Source: Candidatus Binatia bacterium (lineage in GTDB: Bacteria > Desulfobacterota > Binatia > Bin18). Taken from it: DNA of 64,000 nt. How positions within the stretch are numbered: position 1 is the first letter of the stretch; the number at the start of each line of letters is the position of its first letter. The translations under genes and the position numbers were made by a program. The notes under the pieces are model-generated. The model worked only from the letters and a program-made list of their open reading frames with translations. It did no database searches and had not been told where the DNA came from. This document shows, piece after piece, positions 54,635 to 64,000 of this stretch. The stretch is from positions 3,840,001 to 3,904,000 of the forward strand of contig OY761159.2 of NCBI GenBank assembly GCA_963664395.2. Direction: 5' to 3'.

Positions 54635-55819
54635 ATGGCGAAGGAGCGGTTTAAGCGGACGAAGCCGCACATGAATGTGGGGACGATCGGGCATATTGAC
54701 CATGGGAAGACGACGTTAACGGCGGCGATCACGAGCGTGTTGGCGGAGCAGTCGATGGCGGTGGCGGTGGCGTTTGACGAGATTGACAAAGCGCCGGAGG
54801 AGAAGGAGCGCGGGATCACGATCAACACGGCGCACGTGGAATACGAGACCGAGCAGCGGCACTATGCGCACGTGGATTGTCCGGGGCATGCGGACTATAT
54901 CAAGAACATGATCACAGGGGCGGCGCAGATGGACGGGGCGATACTAGTGGTTGCGGCTTCGGATGGGCCGATGCCGCAGACGCGGGAGCACATTTTATTA
55001 GCGCGTCAAGTGGGGGTTCCGGCGATTGTCGTGTTCATGAACAAGGTAGACATGGTGGATGATGAGGAGCTACTGGATTTAGTGGACTTGGAGATGCGGG
55101 AACTGCTGTCGAAGTATGATTTTCCGGGCGATGAGACCCCGATCATTCGGGGGAGTGCGCTGCGGGCCTTAGAGGGGGAAGCGGAGGGGAAGGCGCAAGT
55201 GCTGGAGTTGATGGCGGCGGTAGACAGTTTTATTCCCGAGCCGGCGCGGGAAGTGGACCAAGAGTTTTTAATGTCCGTGGAGGACGTGTTTACGATTTCG
55301 GGGCGGGGGACGGTGGCGACGGGGCGCGTGGAGCGGGGGCGGGTCAAAGTGGGGGAAGAGGTAGAGATTGTGGGGATTCGGGAGACGCAGAAGACGACGG
55401 TGACCGGGGTAGAGATGTTCCGCAAGCTGTTAGATGAGGGCGTGGCGGGGGACAACGTGGGCTGTTTACTGCGGGGGATCAAGCGGGAAGAGATTGAGCG
55501 GGGGCAGGTTTTGGCGAAGCCGGGGAGTATCACGCCGCATACGAAGTATGAAGCCGAAGTGTATGTGTTGACGAAAGATGAGGGGGGGCGGCACACGCCG
55601 TTTTTCAATGGATATCGGCCGCAGTTTTACTTTCGGACGACGGATGTGACGGGGGCGGTGACGTTGCAAGCCGGCACGGAGATGGTGATGCCGGGGGACA
55701 ACACGCAGATGACGGTGGGGTTGTTGACGCCGATTGCCATGGATGAGGGGTTACGGTTTGCGATTCGAGAGGGAGGACGCACGGTGGGCGCGGGCGTCGT
55801 TACCAAAATCTTGGAGTAG
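54635..55819 (+). CDS. tuf: Elongation factor Tu, copy 2
   Basis: Protein identical to 40799..41983. Confidence 0.98.
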   Translation: MAKERFKRTKPHMNVGTIGHIDHGKTTLTAAITSVLAEQSMAVAVAFDEIDKAPEEKERGITINTAHVEYETEQRHYAHVDCPGHADYIKNMITGAAQMDGAILVVAASDGPMPQTREHILLARQVGVPAIVVFMNKVDMVDDEELLDLVDLEMRELLSKYDFPGDETPIIRGSALRALEGEAEGKAQVLELMAAVDSFIPEPAREVDQEFLMSVEDVFTISGRGTVATGRVERGRVKVGEEVEIVGIRETQKTTVTGVEMFRKLLDEGVAGDNVGCLLRGIKREEIERGQVLAKPGSITPHTKYEAEVYVLTKDEGGRHTPFFNGYRPQFYFRTTDVTGAVTLQAGTEMVMPGDNTQMTVGLLTPIAMDEGLRFAIREGGRTVGAGVVTKILE

Positions 55820-55837
55820 AGTCCTATGACCAGCATA

Positions 55838-56146
55838 ATGAATGAAAAAATCCGCATCCGCCTGAAAGCATACGACCACCGGGTACTTGATCAATCGGTC
55901 AAAGAGATTGTCGAAACAGTCAAGCGGACCGGGGGGCGGGTCGCTGGTCCTATTCCACTTCCGACACGGATTGAACGGTTTACGGTGAACCGTTCACCTC
56001 ATGTTGACAAGAAGTCCCGGGAACAGTTCGAGATACGGACCCACAAGCGTTTGCTCGATATTCTTGACCCAACCCAGCAAACAATTGACGCGCTTGGAAA
56101 ACTGGAATTAGCTGCTGGAGTCGATGTTGAGATCAAGCTGGGGTAG
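55838..56146 (+). CDS. rpsJ: 30S ribosomal protein S10 (alternative start 55826)
   Basis: [23 protein letters not shown]. Confidence 0.97.
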   Translation: MNEKIRIRLKAYDHRVLDQSVKEIVETVKRTGGRVAGPIPLPTRIERFTVNRSPHVDKKSREQFEIRTHKRLLDILDPTQQTIDALGKLELAAGVDVEIKLG

Positions 56147-56157
56147 TGAGGGAGCAG

Positions 56158-56784
56158 ATGATGCAAGGGTTAATAGGAAAGAAGCTTGGTATGACTCAGG
56201 TTTTTTCCGCTGATGGAGATCTTGTCCCGGTTACCGTAGTACAGACTGGTCCATGTACAGTTGTGCAAAAGAAGACTCAGCAAACAGATGGCTATACTGC
56301 TCTCCAGCTGGGGTTTGGGAATCAAAAACCACAACGTGTTTCTCGGCCTGTCTTAGGACATAGTCAGAAATCTGGCGCAGGCCCATTCGCCGTCCTCCGC
56401 GAGTTCCGGGTAGATAACGTTGATGGCTACGAGGTCGGCGGTGAAATCACGGTTGGGCAAGTCTTCCAGTTTGGGGACCGGGTCAACGTTGTCGGTCGGA
56501 CGAAAGGTCGAGGCTTTGCCGGAGTGGTGAAACGACATGGGATGAGTGGGTTTCCCAAGAGCCATGGAACGCATGAGTACTTTCGTCATGGTGGGGCTAT
56601 TGGAAACCGCTCGTATCCCGGAAAAGTTTTTAAAGGTAAGAGAATGGCAGGCCATTACGGGAATGATCGGATGAAGGCGTTGAACCTGCAAGTGGTTGAT
56701 GTCCAGCCGGACGAAAACCTCCTCTTCCTGCGTGGGTCTATACCGGGGGCGAGAGGACAGGTTGTCCTCATTCACAAGCCATAG
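56158..56784 (+). CDS. rplC: 50S ribosomal protein L3
   Basis: [27 protein letters not shown]. Confidence 0.96.
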   Translation: MMQGLIGKKLGMTQVFSADGDLVPVTVVQTGPCTVVQKKTQQTDGYTALQLGFGNQKPQRVSRPVLGHSQKSGAGPFAVLREFRVDNVDGYEVGGEITVGQVFQFGDRVNVVGRTKGRGFAGVVKRHGMSGFPKSHGTHEYFRHGGAIGNRSYPGKVFKGKRMAGHYGNDRMKALNLQVVDVQPDENLLFLRGSIPGARGQVVLIHKP

Positions 56785-56797
56785 GTAAGGATAATCA

Positions 56798-57439
56798 ATG
56801 GCAGATCAAGAAAGGTCTATGGACGTTCTCTCTGCTCAACGAGAGAAGGTCGGAGAGATTCCTCTTCCCGCTGTGATCGCTGAGCAGCCGCAGCGGGAGC
56901 ATTTATTGTTCGAAACGGTTAGAATGCAGTTGGCAAATCGTCGTGCTGGGACGGCGGCTACAAAGACGCGGGCGCAGGTGCGTGGCGGAGGAAGAAAACC
57001 TTGGCGACAAAAAGGAACAGGGCGGGCGCGGGCGGGAAGTAACCGGTCTCCAATATGGGTCGGTGGAGCAACGGTATTTGGTCCTCAGCCGCGCTCTTAT
57101 GCGTACCGTATGCCGCGCTCAGCTCGGAAGACCGCTCTGCGAGCAGCACTCGCGCAGAAGCTGCGCCAAGACGAGATGGTTGTCATCGATGCGATTCAGT
57201 TTGATGAGCCAAAAACGAAGCAGATGATCGCCCTTTTGGCTCAGCTTGAGATGGGAAACAGTGTCTTGATTATCCTGGCGGACGCAGATGCCAACGTGCA
57301 GAAATCTGCACGCAATTTGTCCGGGGTAAAAGTTCTCTTGAGCCAAGGACTTAATGTGTATGATCTGCTCCGGTACCGGAAGGTGTTAGTGACACAGGCT
57401 GCTATGCAACGGATAAGTGAGAGGCTCGGGGGGCAGTGA
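56798..57439 (+). CDS. rplD: 50S ribosomal protein L4
   Basis: KPWRQKGTGRARAG. Confidence 0.97.
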   Translation: MADQERSMDVLSAQREKVGEIPLPAVIAEQPQREHLLFETVRMQLANRRAGTAATKTRAQVRGGGRKPWRQKGTGRARAGSNRSPIWVGGATVFGPQPRSYAYRMPRSARKTALRAALAQKLRQDEMVVIDAIQFDEPKTKQMIALLAQLEMGNSVLIILADADANVQKSARNLSGVKVLLSQGLNVYDLLRYRKVLVTQAAMQRISERLGGQ

Positions 57440-57726
57440 TGGATGCCTATTCTGTCCTTGTGGCACCGTTGATCACCGAGAAATCAACATTGGCAAGTGA
57501 GGTAGGGAATCAGGTGGTTTTTCGGGTACATCCGCAGACCAACAAGGCAAGTATTAAAAACGCAGTTGAAGCGCTTTTTGATGTAAAGGTGAAACAGGTC
57601 CGGACCATTCAATATATCGGAAAGCGACGGCGTGTCGGTCGGTCTCAAGGGAGAAAGGCAGCCTGGAAGAAAGCTTATGTCACCCTACGTGATGGCGATC
57701 GTATAGACTTTTTTGAAGGGGCGTAA
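57439..57726 (+). CDS. rplW: 50S ribosomal protein L23
   Basis: PLITEKS, WKKAYVTL. Confidence 0.96.
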   Translation: MDAYSVLVAPLITEKSTLASEVGNQVVFRVHPQTNKASIKNAVEALFDVKVKQVRTIQYIGKRRRVGRSQGRKAAWKKAYVTLRDGDRIDFFEGA

Positions 57727-57729
57727 CTC

Positions 57730-58557
57730 GTGGCTATCCGACAGTACAAACCAACGTCTGCTGGTAGACGCCTCCAGAGTGTTTCCGGCTTTAGTGATAT
57801 TACGAAGACAAAAAAGGGGCCGGAGCGGTCTTTGTTGGCGCCGCTCCATAAGCATGGTGGGCGGAATAACAGAGGACGGCTCACTACCCTTCACCGGGGG
57901 GGCGGGCATAAACGGCGGTACCGTTTGGTTGACTTCCGCCGCGACAAGGATGGCATTGAGGCGAAGGTTGCTGCTATAGAGTATGATCCAAACCGCTCTG
58001 CACGCATTGCCCTACTCCATTATGGCGACGGGGAGAAGCGCTACATCCTTGCCCCTGTCGGTCTTGCTGTGGGTAATGTTGTGATGTCAGGAGAATCAGC
58101 AGACATTCGCCCTGGTAATTGTTTACCGTTGCGGCGTATTCCGGTTGGTACGATCATCCACAATATCGAGCTGAAGATAGGCAAAGGGGCTCAGATTGTC
58201 AGGAGTGCCGGGACTTCTGCGCAACTCATGGCTAAAGAAGGTGTGTACGCAACAGTGAAGCTCCCTTCGGGAGAAGTGCGGATGGTGCATCAAAACTGTA
58301 AAGCCACCATCGGTCAGGTTGGCAACCTTGACCATGAGAACATCTCGTATGGGAAGGCTGGCCGTAGTCGGTGGTTCGGCCGCCGGCCGCGCGTGCGAGG
58401 AATCGCTATGAATCCGGTGGACCACCCACTTGGGGGAGGCGAAGGAAGAAGTAAGGGCAATCATCCCATGAGTCCGTGGGGTGTACTAGCCAAGGGGTAT
58501 AAGACCAGGCGACACTCAAGGTCAGACAAGTATATTGTACAAAAGAGAAAGAAATAA
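57730..58557 (+). CDS. rplB: 50S ribosomal protein L2
   Basis: [24 protein letters not shown]. Confidence 0.98.
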   Translation: MAIRQYKPTSAGRRLQSVSGFSDITKTKKGPERSLLAPLHKHGGRNNRGRLTTLHRGGGHKRRYRLVDFRRDKDGIEAKVAAIEYDPNRSARIALLHYGDGEKRYILAPVGLAVGNVVMSGESADIRPGNCLPLRRIPVGTIIHNIELKIGKGAQIVRSAGTSAQLMAKEGVYATVKLPSGEVRMVHQNCKATIGQVGNLDHENISYGKAGRSRWFGRRPRVRGIAMNPVDHPLGGGEGRSKGNHPMSPWGVLAKGYKTRRHSRSDKYIVQKRKK

Positions 58558-58558
58558 C

Positions 58559-58843
58559 ATGCCCCGCTCAGTCAAAAAAGGTCCATTCATTGATGACCAT
58601 TTATTGAAGAAGGTCGATACCGCTGTGCAGAGCGGTGATAAAAAAGTGATTAAAACGTGGTCGCGCCGTTCAATGATTATCCCTGACATGATTGGATTGA
58701 CATTCGCCGTGCACAATGGAAGAAAGTTCATCCCCGTCTATGTGACTGAAAATATGGTTGGCCATAAACTCGGTGAATTTTCTCCAACCCGGACATTCTA
58801 TGGCCATGCAGGGGATAAGAAGGGCGAAGTAAGAAGGAAGTAA
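58559..58843 (+). CDS. rpsS: 30S ribosomal protein S19
   Basis: [21 protein letters not shown]. Confidence 0.97.
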   Translation: MPRSVKKGPFIDDHLLKKVDTAVQSGDKKVIKTWSRRSMIIPDMIGLTFAVHNGRKFIPVYVTENMVGHKLGEFSPTRTFYGHAGDKKGEVRRK

Positions 58844-58856
58844 GGGGGGATATGTA

Positions 58857-59189
58857 ATGGAGGTTCGCTCAATTACTCGTCAGGTGCGGATAGCGCCGCG
58901 GAAGGCCCGTTTAGTGGCGGACCTCATCCGTGGAAAGCAGGTCGAAGCCGCGCTTATGGCCCTGCGCTTTTCTCAAAAGAAGGCGGCGCGCATTTTTACA
59001 AAAACTCTGCAATCTGCTATTGCAAATGCAACAGATACGCAGAATGTTGATCCCGACACGTTGTATGTGAAGCAGGCCACCGTAAACGGGGGAGCGACCC
59101 TCCGGCGCTTTACCCCCCGTGCGCATGGACGGGCCACTCCGATCCGAAAGCGGACGAGCCACTTTACCGTTGTCGTAGACGAGCAATAA
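58857..59189 (+). CDS. rplV: 50S ribosomal protein L22
   Basis: [19 protein letters not shown]. Confidence 0.97.
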   Translation: MEVRSITRQVRIAPRKARLVADLIRGKQVEAALMALRFSQKKAARIFTKTLQSAIANATDTQNVDPDTLYVKQATVNGGATLRRFTPRAHGRATPIRKRTSHFTVVVDEQ

Positions 59190-59205
59190 ACGAAAGAAGA
59201 ACAGA

Positions 59206-59868
59206 ATGGGTCAAAAAGTACACCCGAAAGGGTTTCGAGTCGGGATTCTCGAAGGGTGGGAGTCTCGCTGGTATGCAGAAAAAGAGTACGCCACGCTACT
59301 GCATGATGATATCCGTATCCGGGAGTTCATTAAGAAGCGTCTCTATCATGCTGGCATTGCAAAAATTGAAGTGGAGCGGGCCGCCAACAAAGCCAAGATT
59401 AATATTTATACAGCTCGCCCCGGCATTGTGATTGGAAAAAAAGGGGTAGAGATAGAAAAGTTGAAAGTCGAGCTTGCCAAGCAGACCGATGGGGAAGTCT
59501 ATTTGAATATTCACGAAGTACGGCGTCCCGACCTGGACGCACAACTCGTCTCTGAAAATGTAGCACTGCAACTCGAACGGCGAATCGCCTTTCGGCGTGC
59601 TATGAAAGAGTGCGTTGCGCGGGCTACTCGTATGGGAGCACAAGGGGTGAAGGTGCGTTGTTCGGGTCGGCTTGGTGGGGCTGAGATCGCCCGCACCGAG
59701 TGGTACCGAGAAGGGCGAGTTCCGCTCCATACGTTGCGTGCCGATATTAGCTATGGTGTGGCAGAAGCCCGAACCACGTATGGCGTTATTGGTGTGAAGG
59801 TGTGGATCTTCCGAGGTGAGGTCCTCACTAAAGAGGAAGAGCAACAACGCTCAACCGTAAGTGCGTAA
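59206..59868 (+). CDS. rpsC: 30S ribosomal protein S3
   Basis: [22 protein letters not shown]. Confidence 0.98.
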   Translation: MGQKVHPKGFRVGILEGWESRWYAEKEYATLLHDDIRIREFIKKRLYHAGIAKIEVERAANKAKINIYTARPGIVIGKKGVEIEKLKVELAKQTDGEVYLNIHEVRRPDLDAQLVSENVALQLERRIAFRRAMKECVARATRMGAQGVKVRCSGRLGGAEIARTEWYREGRVPLHTLRADISYGVAEARTTYGVIGVKVWIFRGEVLTKEEEQQRSTVSA

Positions 59869-59880
59869 GGGACGTCAGGT

Positions 59881-60309
59881 ATGCTCTCTCCGAGGAAAAC
59901 GAAATTCCGAAAACAGCAGCGCAGGCGCATATATGGCAACGCCCAACGTGGTGCTACCCTCTCGTTTGGTGACTATGGCCTGCAAACGCTTGAACGTGGA
60001 TGGGTGACTGCACGACAAATAGAGGCGGCCCGGATTGCCTTGACCCGTCACGTACGACGGGGTGGTCGTATTTGGATACGCATCTTCCCTGATAAGCCAG
60101 TGACCAAAAAGCCGGCAGAAACGCGAATGGGGAAGGGCAAGGCGGCGCCTGAGTTTTGGGTCGCCGTTGTCAAGCCGGGACGGATGCTCTTCGAAATCGA
60201 AGGAGTTCCGCGCGAGACTGCCCGGGAGGCTCTGCGGCTTGCTGCAAACAAACTGCCCGTCAGCACGCAGATACGAGAGCGGCCAGGAGCGACATATGCG
60301 GGCGAGTGA
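59881..60309 (+). CDS. rplP: 50S ribosomal protein L16
   Basis: [14 protein letters not shown]. Confidence 0.97.
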   Translation: MLSPRKTKFRKQQRRRIYGNAQRGATLSFGDYGLQTLERGWVTARQIEAARIALTRHVRRGGRIWIRIFPDKPVTKKPAETRMGKGKAAPEFWVAVVKPGRMLFEIEGVPRETAREALRLAANKLPVSTQIRERPGATYAGE

Positions 60310-60505
60310 AGTCCGAGACTTGACAGACGAAGAAATACAGGGAAAAGCGCGAGATCTGAGTGAAGAGCTCTTTCGTCTCCGCCTGAGGAGGGGGGCAGGG
60401 CAAATTGAAGATCCCATGCAGATCCGAAAAATTCGTCGAGACATTGCTCGGGTGAAGACTATCCAAAGCGAACGTGTTCGCACCGCGAATAAAGAACGGA
60501 GCTAG
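60296..60505 (+). CDS. rpmC: 50S ribosomal protein L29
   Basis: [24 protein letters not shown]. Confidence 0.94.
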   Translation: MRASEVRDLTDEEIQGKARDLSEELFRLRLRRGAGQIEDPMQIRKIRRDIARVKTIQSERVRTANKERS

Positions 60506-60507
60506 GT

Positions 60508-60765
60508 GTGCCTGGAAACCGGAAAGTCAGACAAGGGGTTGTCGTCAGTGATAAGATGGACAAAACTGTCACGGTCCAAGTTGAGCGGCTTGTACGTCAC
60601 CCTATGTACAAGAAGTATATTCGCCAACGGAAAAAATACAAAGCGCATGACCCCGCCAATGAATGCCAGACCGGAGATATTGTCACAATCACAGAAACGA
60701 GACCCCTCAGTCGAGATAAACGCTGGCGCGTGCGAGCAGTATTGAAGTCGGAGACGTCAGGGTAA
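60508..60765 (+). CDS. rpsQ: 30S ribosomal protein S17
   Basis: [20 protein letters not shown]. Confidence 0.96.
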   Translation: MPGNRKVRQGVVVSDKMDKTVTVQVERLVRHPMYKKYIRQRKKYKAHDPANECQTGDIVTITETRPLSRDKRWRVRAVLKSETSG

Positions 60766-60785
60766 GAAAGTAGAGAGGTAGGAAT

Positions 60786-61154
60786 ATGATTCAGGTAGAA
60801 TCAGTGCTTGACGTCGCTGATAACTCGGGAGCGCGCCGCGTTCGCTGTATTCGCGTCCTGGGTGGGACACGTCGGAGGTATGCGTCGGTTGGTGATGAAG
60901 TTGTTGTTTCGGTACGGGAAGCTATCCCCAATGCTAAAGTGAAAAAAGGCGATGTGATGCGAGCTGTTGTTGTCCGGACAGCTAAAGAGCTCGGTCGTCC
61001 AGATGGCTCGTATATTCGTTTTGATACCAACTCCGCTGTGTTGCTAGACAACCAGCGTGAGCCGCTTGGAACACGTATTTTCGGGCCTGTAGCGCGTGAG
61101 CTACGAGCGAAGCGTTTTATGAAAATTATTTCCCTCGCCCCAGAGGTATTGTAG
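60786..61154 (+). CDS. rplN: 50S ribosomal protein L14
   Basis: [19 protein letters not shown]. Confidence 0.98.
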   Translation: MIQVESVLDVADNSGARRVRCIRVLGGTRRRYASVGDEVVVSVREAIPNAKVKKGDVMRAVVVRTAKELGRPDGSYIRFDTNSAVLLDNQREPLGTRIFGPVARELRAKRFMKIISLAPEVL

Positions 61155-61162
61155 GACAGGCA

Positions 61163-61477
61163 ATGGCTGCACGCATTAAAAAAAATGACTCTGTGATGAT
61201 TATCGCTGGAAAAGAGCGAGGGAAAATTGGGAAGGTCATCCGGGTACAGCCGGAACGGGGGCGTGCAGTTGTTGAGCGCCTCAATATGGTGAAGCGCCAC
61301 GTTAAGCCGCGTGGGCCGCAGGATCCTGGGGGGATATTGGAAAAAGAAGCTTCCATTCACCTCTCGAATTTGATGTTGGTTGACCCCCAAGACGGCCACC
61401 CGACGCGTATCGGATTTAAGGTTGTTGATGGCAGAAAGATGCGTGTAAGTAGGCGGACTGGTAATGTGTTGGACTAA
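61163..61477 (+). CDS. rplX: 50S ribosomal protein L24
   Basis: [19 protein letters not shown]. Confidence 0.96.
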   Translation: MAARIKKNDSVMIIAGKERGKIGKVIRVQPERGRAVVERLNMVKRHVKPRGPQDPGGILEKEASIHLSNLMLVDPQDGHPTRIGFKVVDGRKMRVSRRTGNVLD

Positions 61478-61482
61478 AGAAT

Positions 61483-62022
61483 ATGGTTCGTATTAAAGAT
61501 ATTTACTATAAACAAGTGCTCCCTGCCCTGAAACAAGAGTTGGGGTGCGCCAATATTATGCAGGTCCCCCGTCTGTCAAAAATTGTTGTCAATATGGGCT
61601 TAGGGGAAGGGGCCACGAACGCCAAGTTGCTGGAAGGTAGTGTGGAGGAAATCGGGCTGATTGTGGGACAAAAGCCTGTTGTCACTCGGGCGCACAAATC
61701 TATTGCGAATTTTAAACTTCGAGAAGGAATGACGATCGGTTGTGCTGTCACGTTACGTGGAGAACGGATGTATGAATTTTTTGATCGTCTCGTTAATGTA
61801 GCGCTCCCCCGAGTGAGAGATTTTCGAGGTATATCTGATAGTTCTTTTGACGGCAGAGGTAATTACTCTCTAGGGATTCGGGAACATACAATTTTTCCTG
61901 AAATAAATTTAGATAAAGTTGATCAAATAAAGGGGTTCACTGTCTCTATGGTAACCACGGCAAAAACAGATATAGAGGGGCGTGCGTTGCTACGGGCACT
62001 TGGCATGCCTTTTCGGAGTTAA
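61483..62022 (+). CDS. rplE: 50S ribosomal protein L5
   Basis: [22 protein letters not shown]. Confidence 0.97.
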   Translation: MVRIKDIYYKQVLPALKQELGCANIMQVPRLSKIVVNMGLGEGATNAKLLEGSVEEIGLIVGQKPVVTRAHKSIANFKLREGMTIGCAVTLRGERMYEFFDRLVNVALPRVRDFRGISDSSFDGRGNYSLGIREHTIFPEINLDKVDQIKGFTVSMVTTAKTDIEGRALLRALGMPFRS

Positions 62023-62027
62023 GGGCT

Positions 62028-62213
62028 ATGGCACGAACATGTTTGCGCGTAAAGGCACAACGGAAGCCTAAGTTTCGCGTTCGGGAATATAATCGCTGTC
62101 CGCTGTGTGGACGCTCTCGTAGCTTCTACCGTCGGTTCCGTATGTGTCGTATCTGCCTACGGACCTATGCACTAAAGGGCCAGATCCCTGGTATGACTAA
62201 GGCAAGCTGGTAG
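62028..62213 (+). CDS. rpsN: 30S ribosomal protein S14, type Z
   Basis: 61 aa with CPLC and CRIC, terminal KASW. Confidence 0.96.
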   Translation: MARTCLRVKAQRKPKFRVREYNRCPLCGRSRSFYRRFRMCRICLRTYALKGQIPGMTKASW

Positions 62214-62224
62214 GGAAGAGGATT

Positions 62225-62620
62225 ATGCAAACTGATCCTATTGCAGATCTGTTGACGTGTGTTCGCAATGCGTTACGCGCACGGAAAAAGACGGTCTCTG
62301 TGCCGCGCTCCCGGGTCAAGGAGGCTATTGTTAAAATCCTTGTAGCTGAGGGATTCATCCAGAATTATCGGAGTGTTGAGCACAACGGATTTCCCTCTCT
62401 CACCATTGATCTCAAGTACGACGCAGCCGGTCGCCCCGCACTCCATGGCGTGCAGCGCGTCAGTAAGCCGAGTCTGCGAACCTATGTACGGGCGGATGCG
62501 ATTCCAGCCGTGCGTAACGGACTCGGGGTGAGTATTCTGTCGACCTCTCGCGGAGTAGTGGTTGACCAGGAGGCCCGCACGCTTCGTATCGGTGGGGAAG
62601 TGCTGTGTAGTGCGTGGTAA
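62225..62620 (+). CDS. rpsH: 30S ribosomal protein S8
   Basis: DPIADLLT.VRNA, RVSKPS.R.Y, GGEVLC. Confidence 0.96.
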   Translation: MQTDPIADLLTCVRNALRARKKTVSVPRSRVKEAIVKILVAEGFIQNYRSVEHNGFPSLTIDLKYDAAGRPALHGVQRVSKPSLRTYVRADAIPAVRNGLGVSILSTSRGVVVDQEARTLRIGGEVLCSAW

Positions 62621-62642
62621 ATTAGAAAGAGAGAAATAACGT

Positions 62643-63191
62643 ATGTCTGGTGTTGGGCACAAGCCGATCACGCTACCGGATGCAGTGAAAATATCACATG
62701 TCGAGGAAACGCTAACGGCTGAAGGGCCAAAGGGGGTCCTGCAAGTACCGGTTGACGCTGCGCTTTCAGTCGAAATTACGACAGCCAGTGTGATGTTGAG
62801 TCGGCCAGACGACTCTCGCCGTTCTAAAGCGAGGCAAGGGCTTACCCGGAAGCTTGTCGCCAATGCGGTTCAAGGGGTCTCGACTGGATTCTCGAAGGTG
62901 CTAGAAATTAACGGGGTGGGATATCGGGCGGACGCTGTGAAGGACATCTTACATCTGAGCCTTGGGTTTTCTCATCCTATTTTCTTCCAACTTCCTGCGG
63001 GCATCAGCGTTAAGGTAGACCGGCAGACGCAGATTACAATTGAAGGAATTGACAAACAACTTGTCGGAGAAGTTGCTGCATCAATCCGTCGGTTACGTCC
63101 GCCTGAGCCATACAAGGGAAAAGGGATTAAATACGTAGACGAGCATGTGCGGAGAAAAGCTGGAAAGACCGCTGTTGCTGCTGGAGGATAA
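62643..63191 (+). CDS. rplF: 50S ribosomal protein L6
   Basis: GVGYRA, LGFSHP, PEPYKGKGI. Confidence 0.97.
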   Translation: MSGVGHKPITLPDAVKISHVEETLTAEGPKGVLQVPVDAALSVEITTASVMLSRPDDSRRSKARQGLTRKLVANAVQGVSTGFSKVLEINGVGYRADAVKDILHLSLGFSHPIFFQLPAGISVKVDRQTQITIEGIDKQLVGEVAASIRRLRPPEPYKGKGIKYVDEHVRRKAGKTAVAAGG

Positions 63192-63193
63192 GA

Positions 63194-63565
63194 ATGGCAG
63201 GGACGAACCCTCGCGAACGGAGCCGCCTACTCCGTCAAAGGCGGATGAGACGGAAAGTGCGTGGAACGGATATTCGACCGCGCTTATGTATCTACCGCAG
63301 CAATAAACATCTCTATGCCCAGGTTATTTCTGATGAGAGCGGTCGGTCTTTAGCATCTGTCTCAACTCTTTCAGCAGATCTCAAGGAACGTGTTCAGCAA
63401 AAGACGGCGACCGTCTCTGCAGCAAAAGAAGTGGGGCAGCTCATTGCTAAAAAGTGCCAAAAACAGGGGATACAGACGGTCATTTTTGACCGGAACGGAT
63501 TCCTCTTTCATGGACAGGTTCGCGCTGTCGCCGAGGCGGCGCGCGAAGCTGGCCTACAATTCTAA
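63194..63565 (+). CDS. rplR: 50S ribosomal protein L18
   Basis: RPRL..YRSNKH.YAQ, FDRNG, AREAGL. Confidence 0.96.
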   Translation: MAGTNPRERSRLLRQRRMRRKVRGTDIRPRLCIYRSNKHLYAQVISDESGRSLASVSTLSADLKERVQQKTATVSAAKEVGQLIAKKCQKQGIQTVIFDRNGFLFHGQVRAVAEAAREAGLQF

Positions 63566-63576
63566 GGAGTATGCCT

Positions 63577-64000
63577 GTGGCGGCTGACGATGATCGGATT
63601 AATCCTGACGCGCTCGATATTCAAGAGAAGGTCGTTCATATCAATCGTGTGAGCAAGGTGGTCAAGGGCGGGCGCCGTTTCAGTTTTAGCGCCGTTGTTG
63701 TGGCTGGGGATGGTGCTGGACATGTTGGCTACGGCTTGGGGAAGGCCCGCGAAGTCCCGGAAGCCATCCGAAAAGGCGTTGAACGCGCGAAGAAGTCTTT
63801 GATTCGTGTGCCTCTCGTCGAAGATACGTTACCGTATGCGGTTATTGGTCGGCATGGTGCGGGTAAAGTGCTGCTCAAACCCGCCGCAGCTGGCACTGGT
63901 CTCATAGCGGGCGGCGGTGTACGTATCGTGATGGAATTGGCCGGCGTACGCAACGCTCTTACAAAATGTCTTGGATCGACCAATCCACATAATTCTGTGA
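63577..64000 (+). CDS. rpsE: 30S ribosomal protein S5 (3' truncated by window edge)
   Basis: Hand translation: [30 protein letters not shown]...GTGLIAGG; GTG 63577 downstream of AAGGAG. Confidence 0.95.
   Translation, partial: MAADDDRINPDALDIQEKVVHINRVSKVVKGGRRFSFSAVVVAGDGAGHVGYGLGKAREVPEAIRKGVERAKKSLIRVPLVEDTLPYAVIGRHGAGKVLLKPAAAGTGLIAGGGVRIVMELAGVRNALTKCLGSTNPHNSV

Overview
Core chromosomal region of a Gram-negative bacterium, probably from the former Deltaproteobacteria (Binatia/Myxococcota-like; inferred from gene content and sequence style only). In order: end of a thiolase plus DUF35 pair; yebC-ruvCAB; an NtrY-like histidine kinase followed by an NtrX-type receiver domain fused in frame to a catalytically intact LpxC; asnS; two metallopeptidase-like genes; an internally deleted SLC13/TrkA-C permease; an Fe-S cluster (two Mrp/ApbC, DUF971, 2Fe-2S ferredoxin, FNR-like reductase, IscU, an extra NuoB, Rrf2 regulator) running into an 11-subunit complex I operon without nuoEFG; 12 tRNAs; tig-clpX-lon with no clpP; rplM-rpsI; lptFG; rlmB; and the tuf-secE-nusG-rpl-rpoBC-str-S10-spc cluster. 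In the str operon fusA is reduced to a short decayed remnant. The strongest candidate for a new system is the kinase/REC-LpxC pair, which suggests direct phosphorylation control of the committed step of lipid A synthesis. No CRISPR array, rRNA or mobile element was seen.
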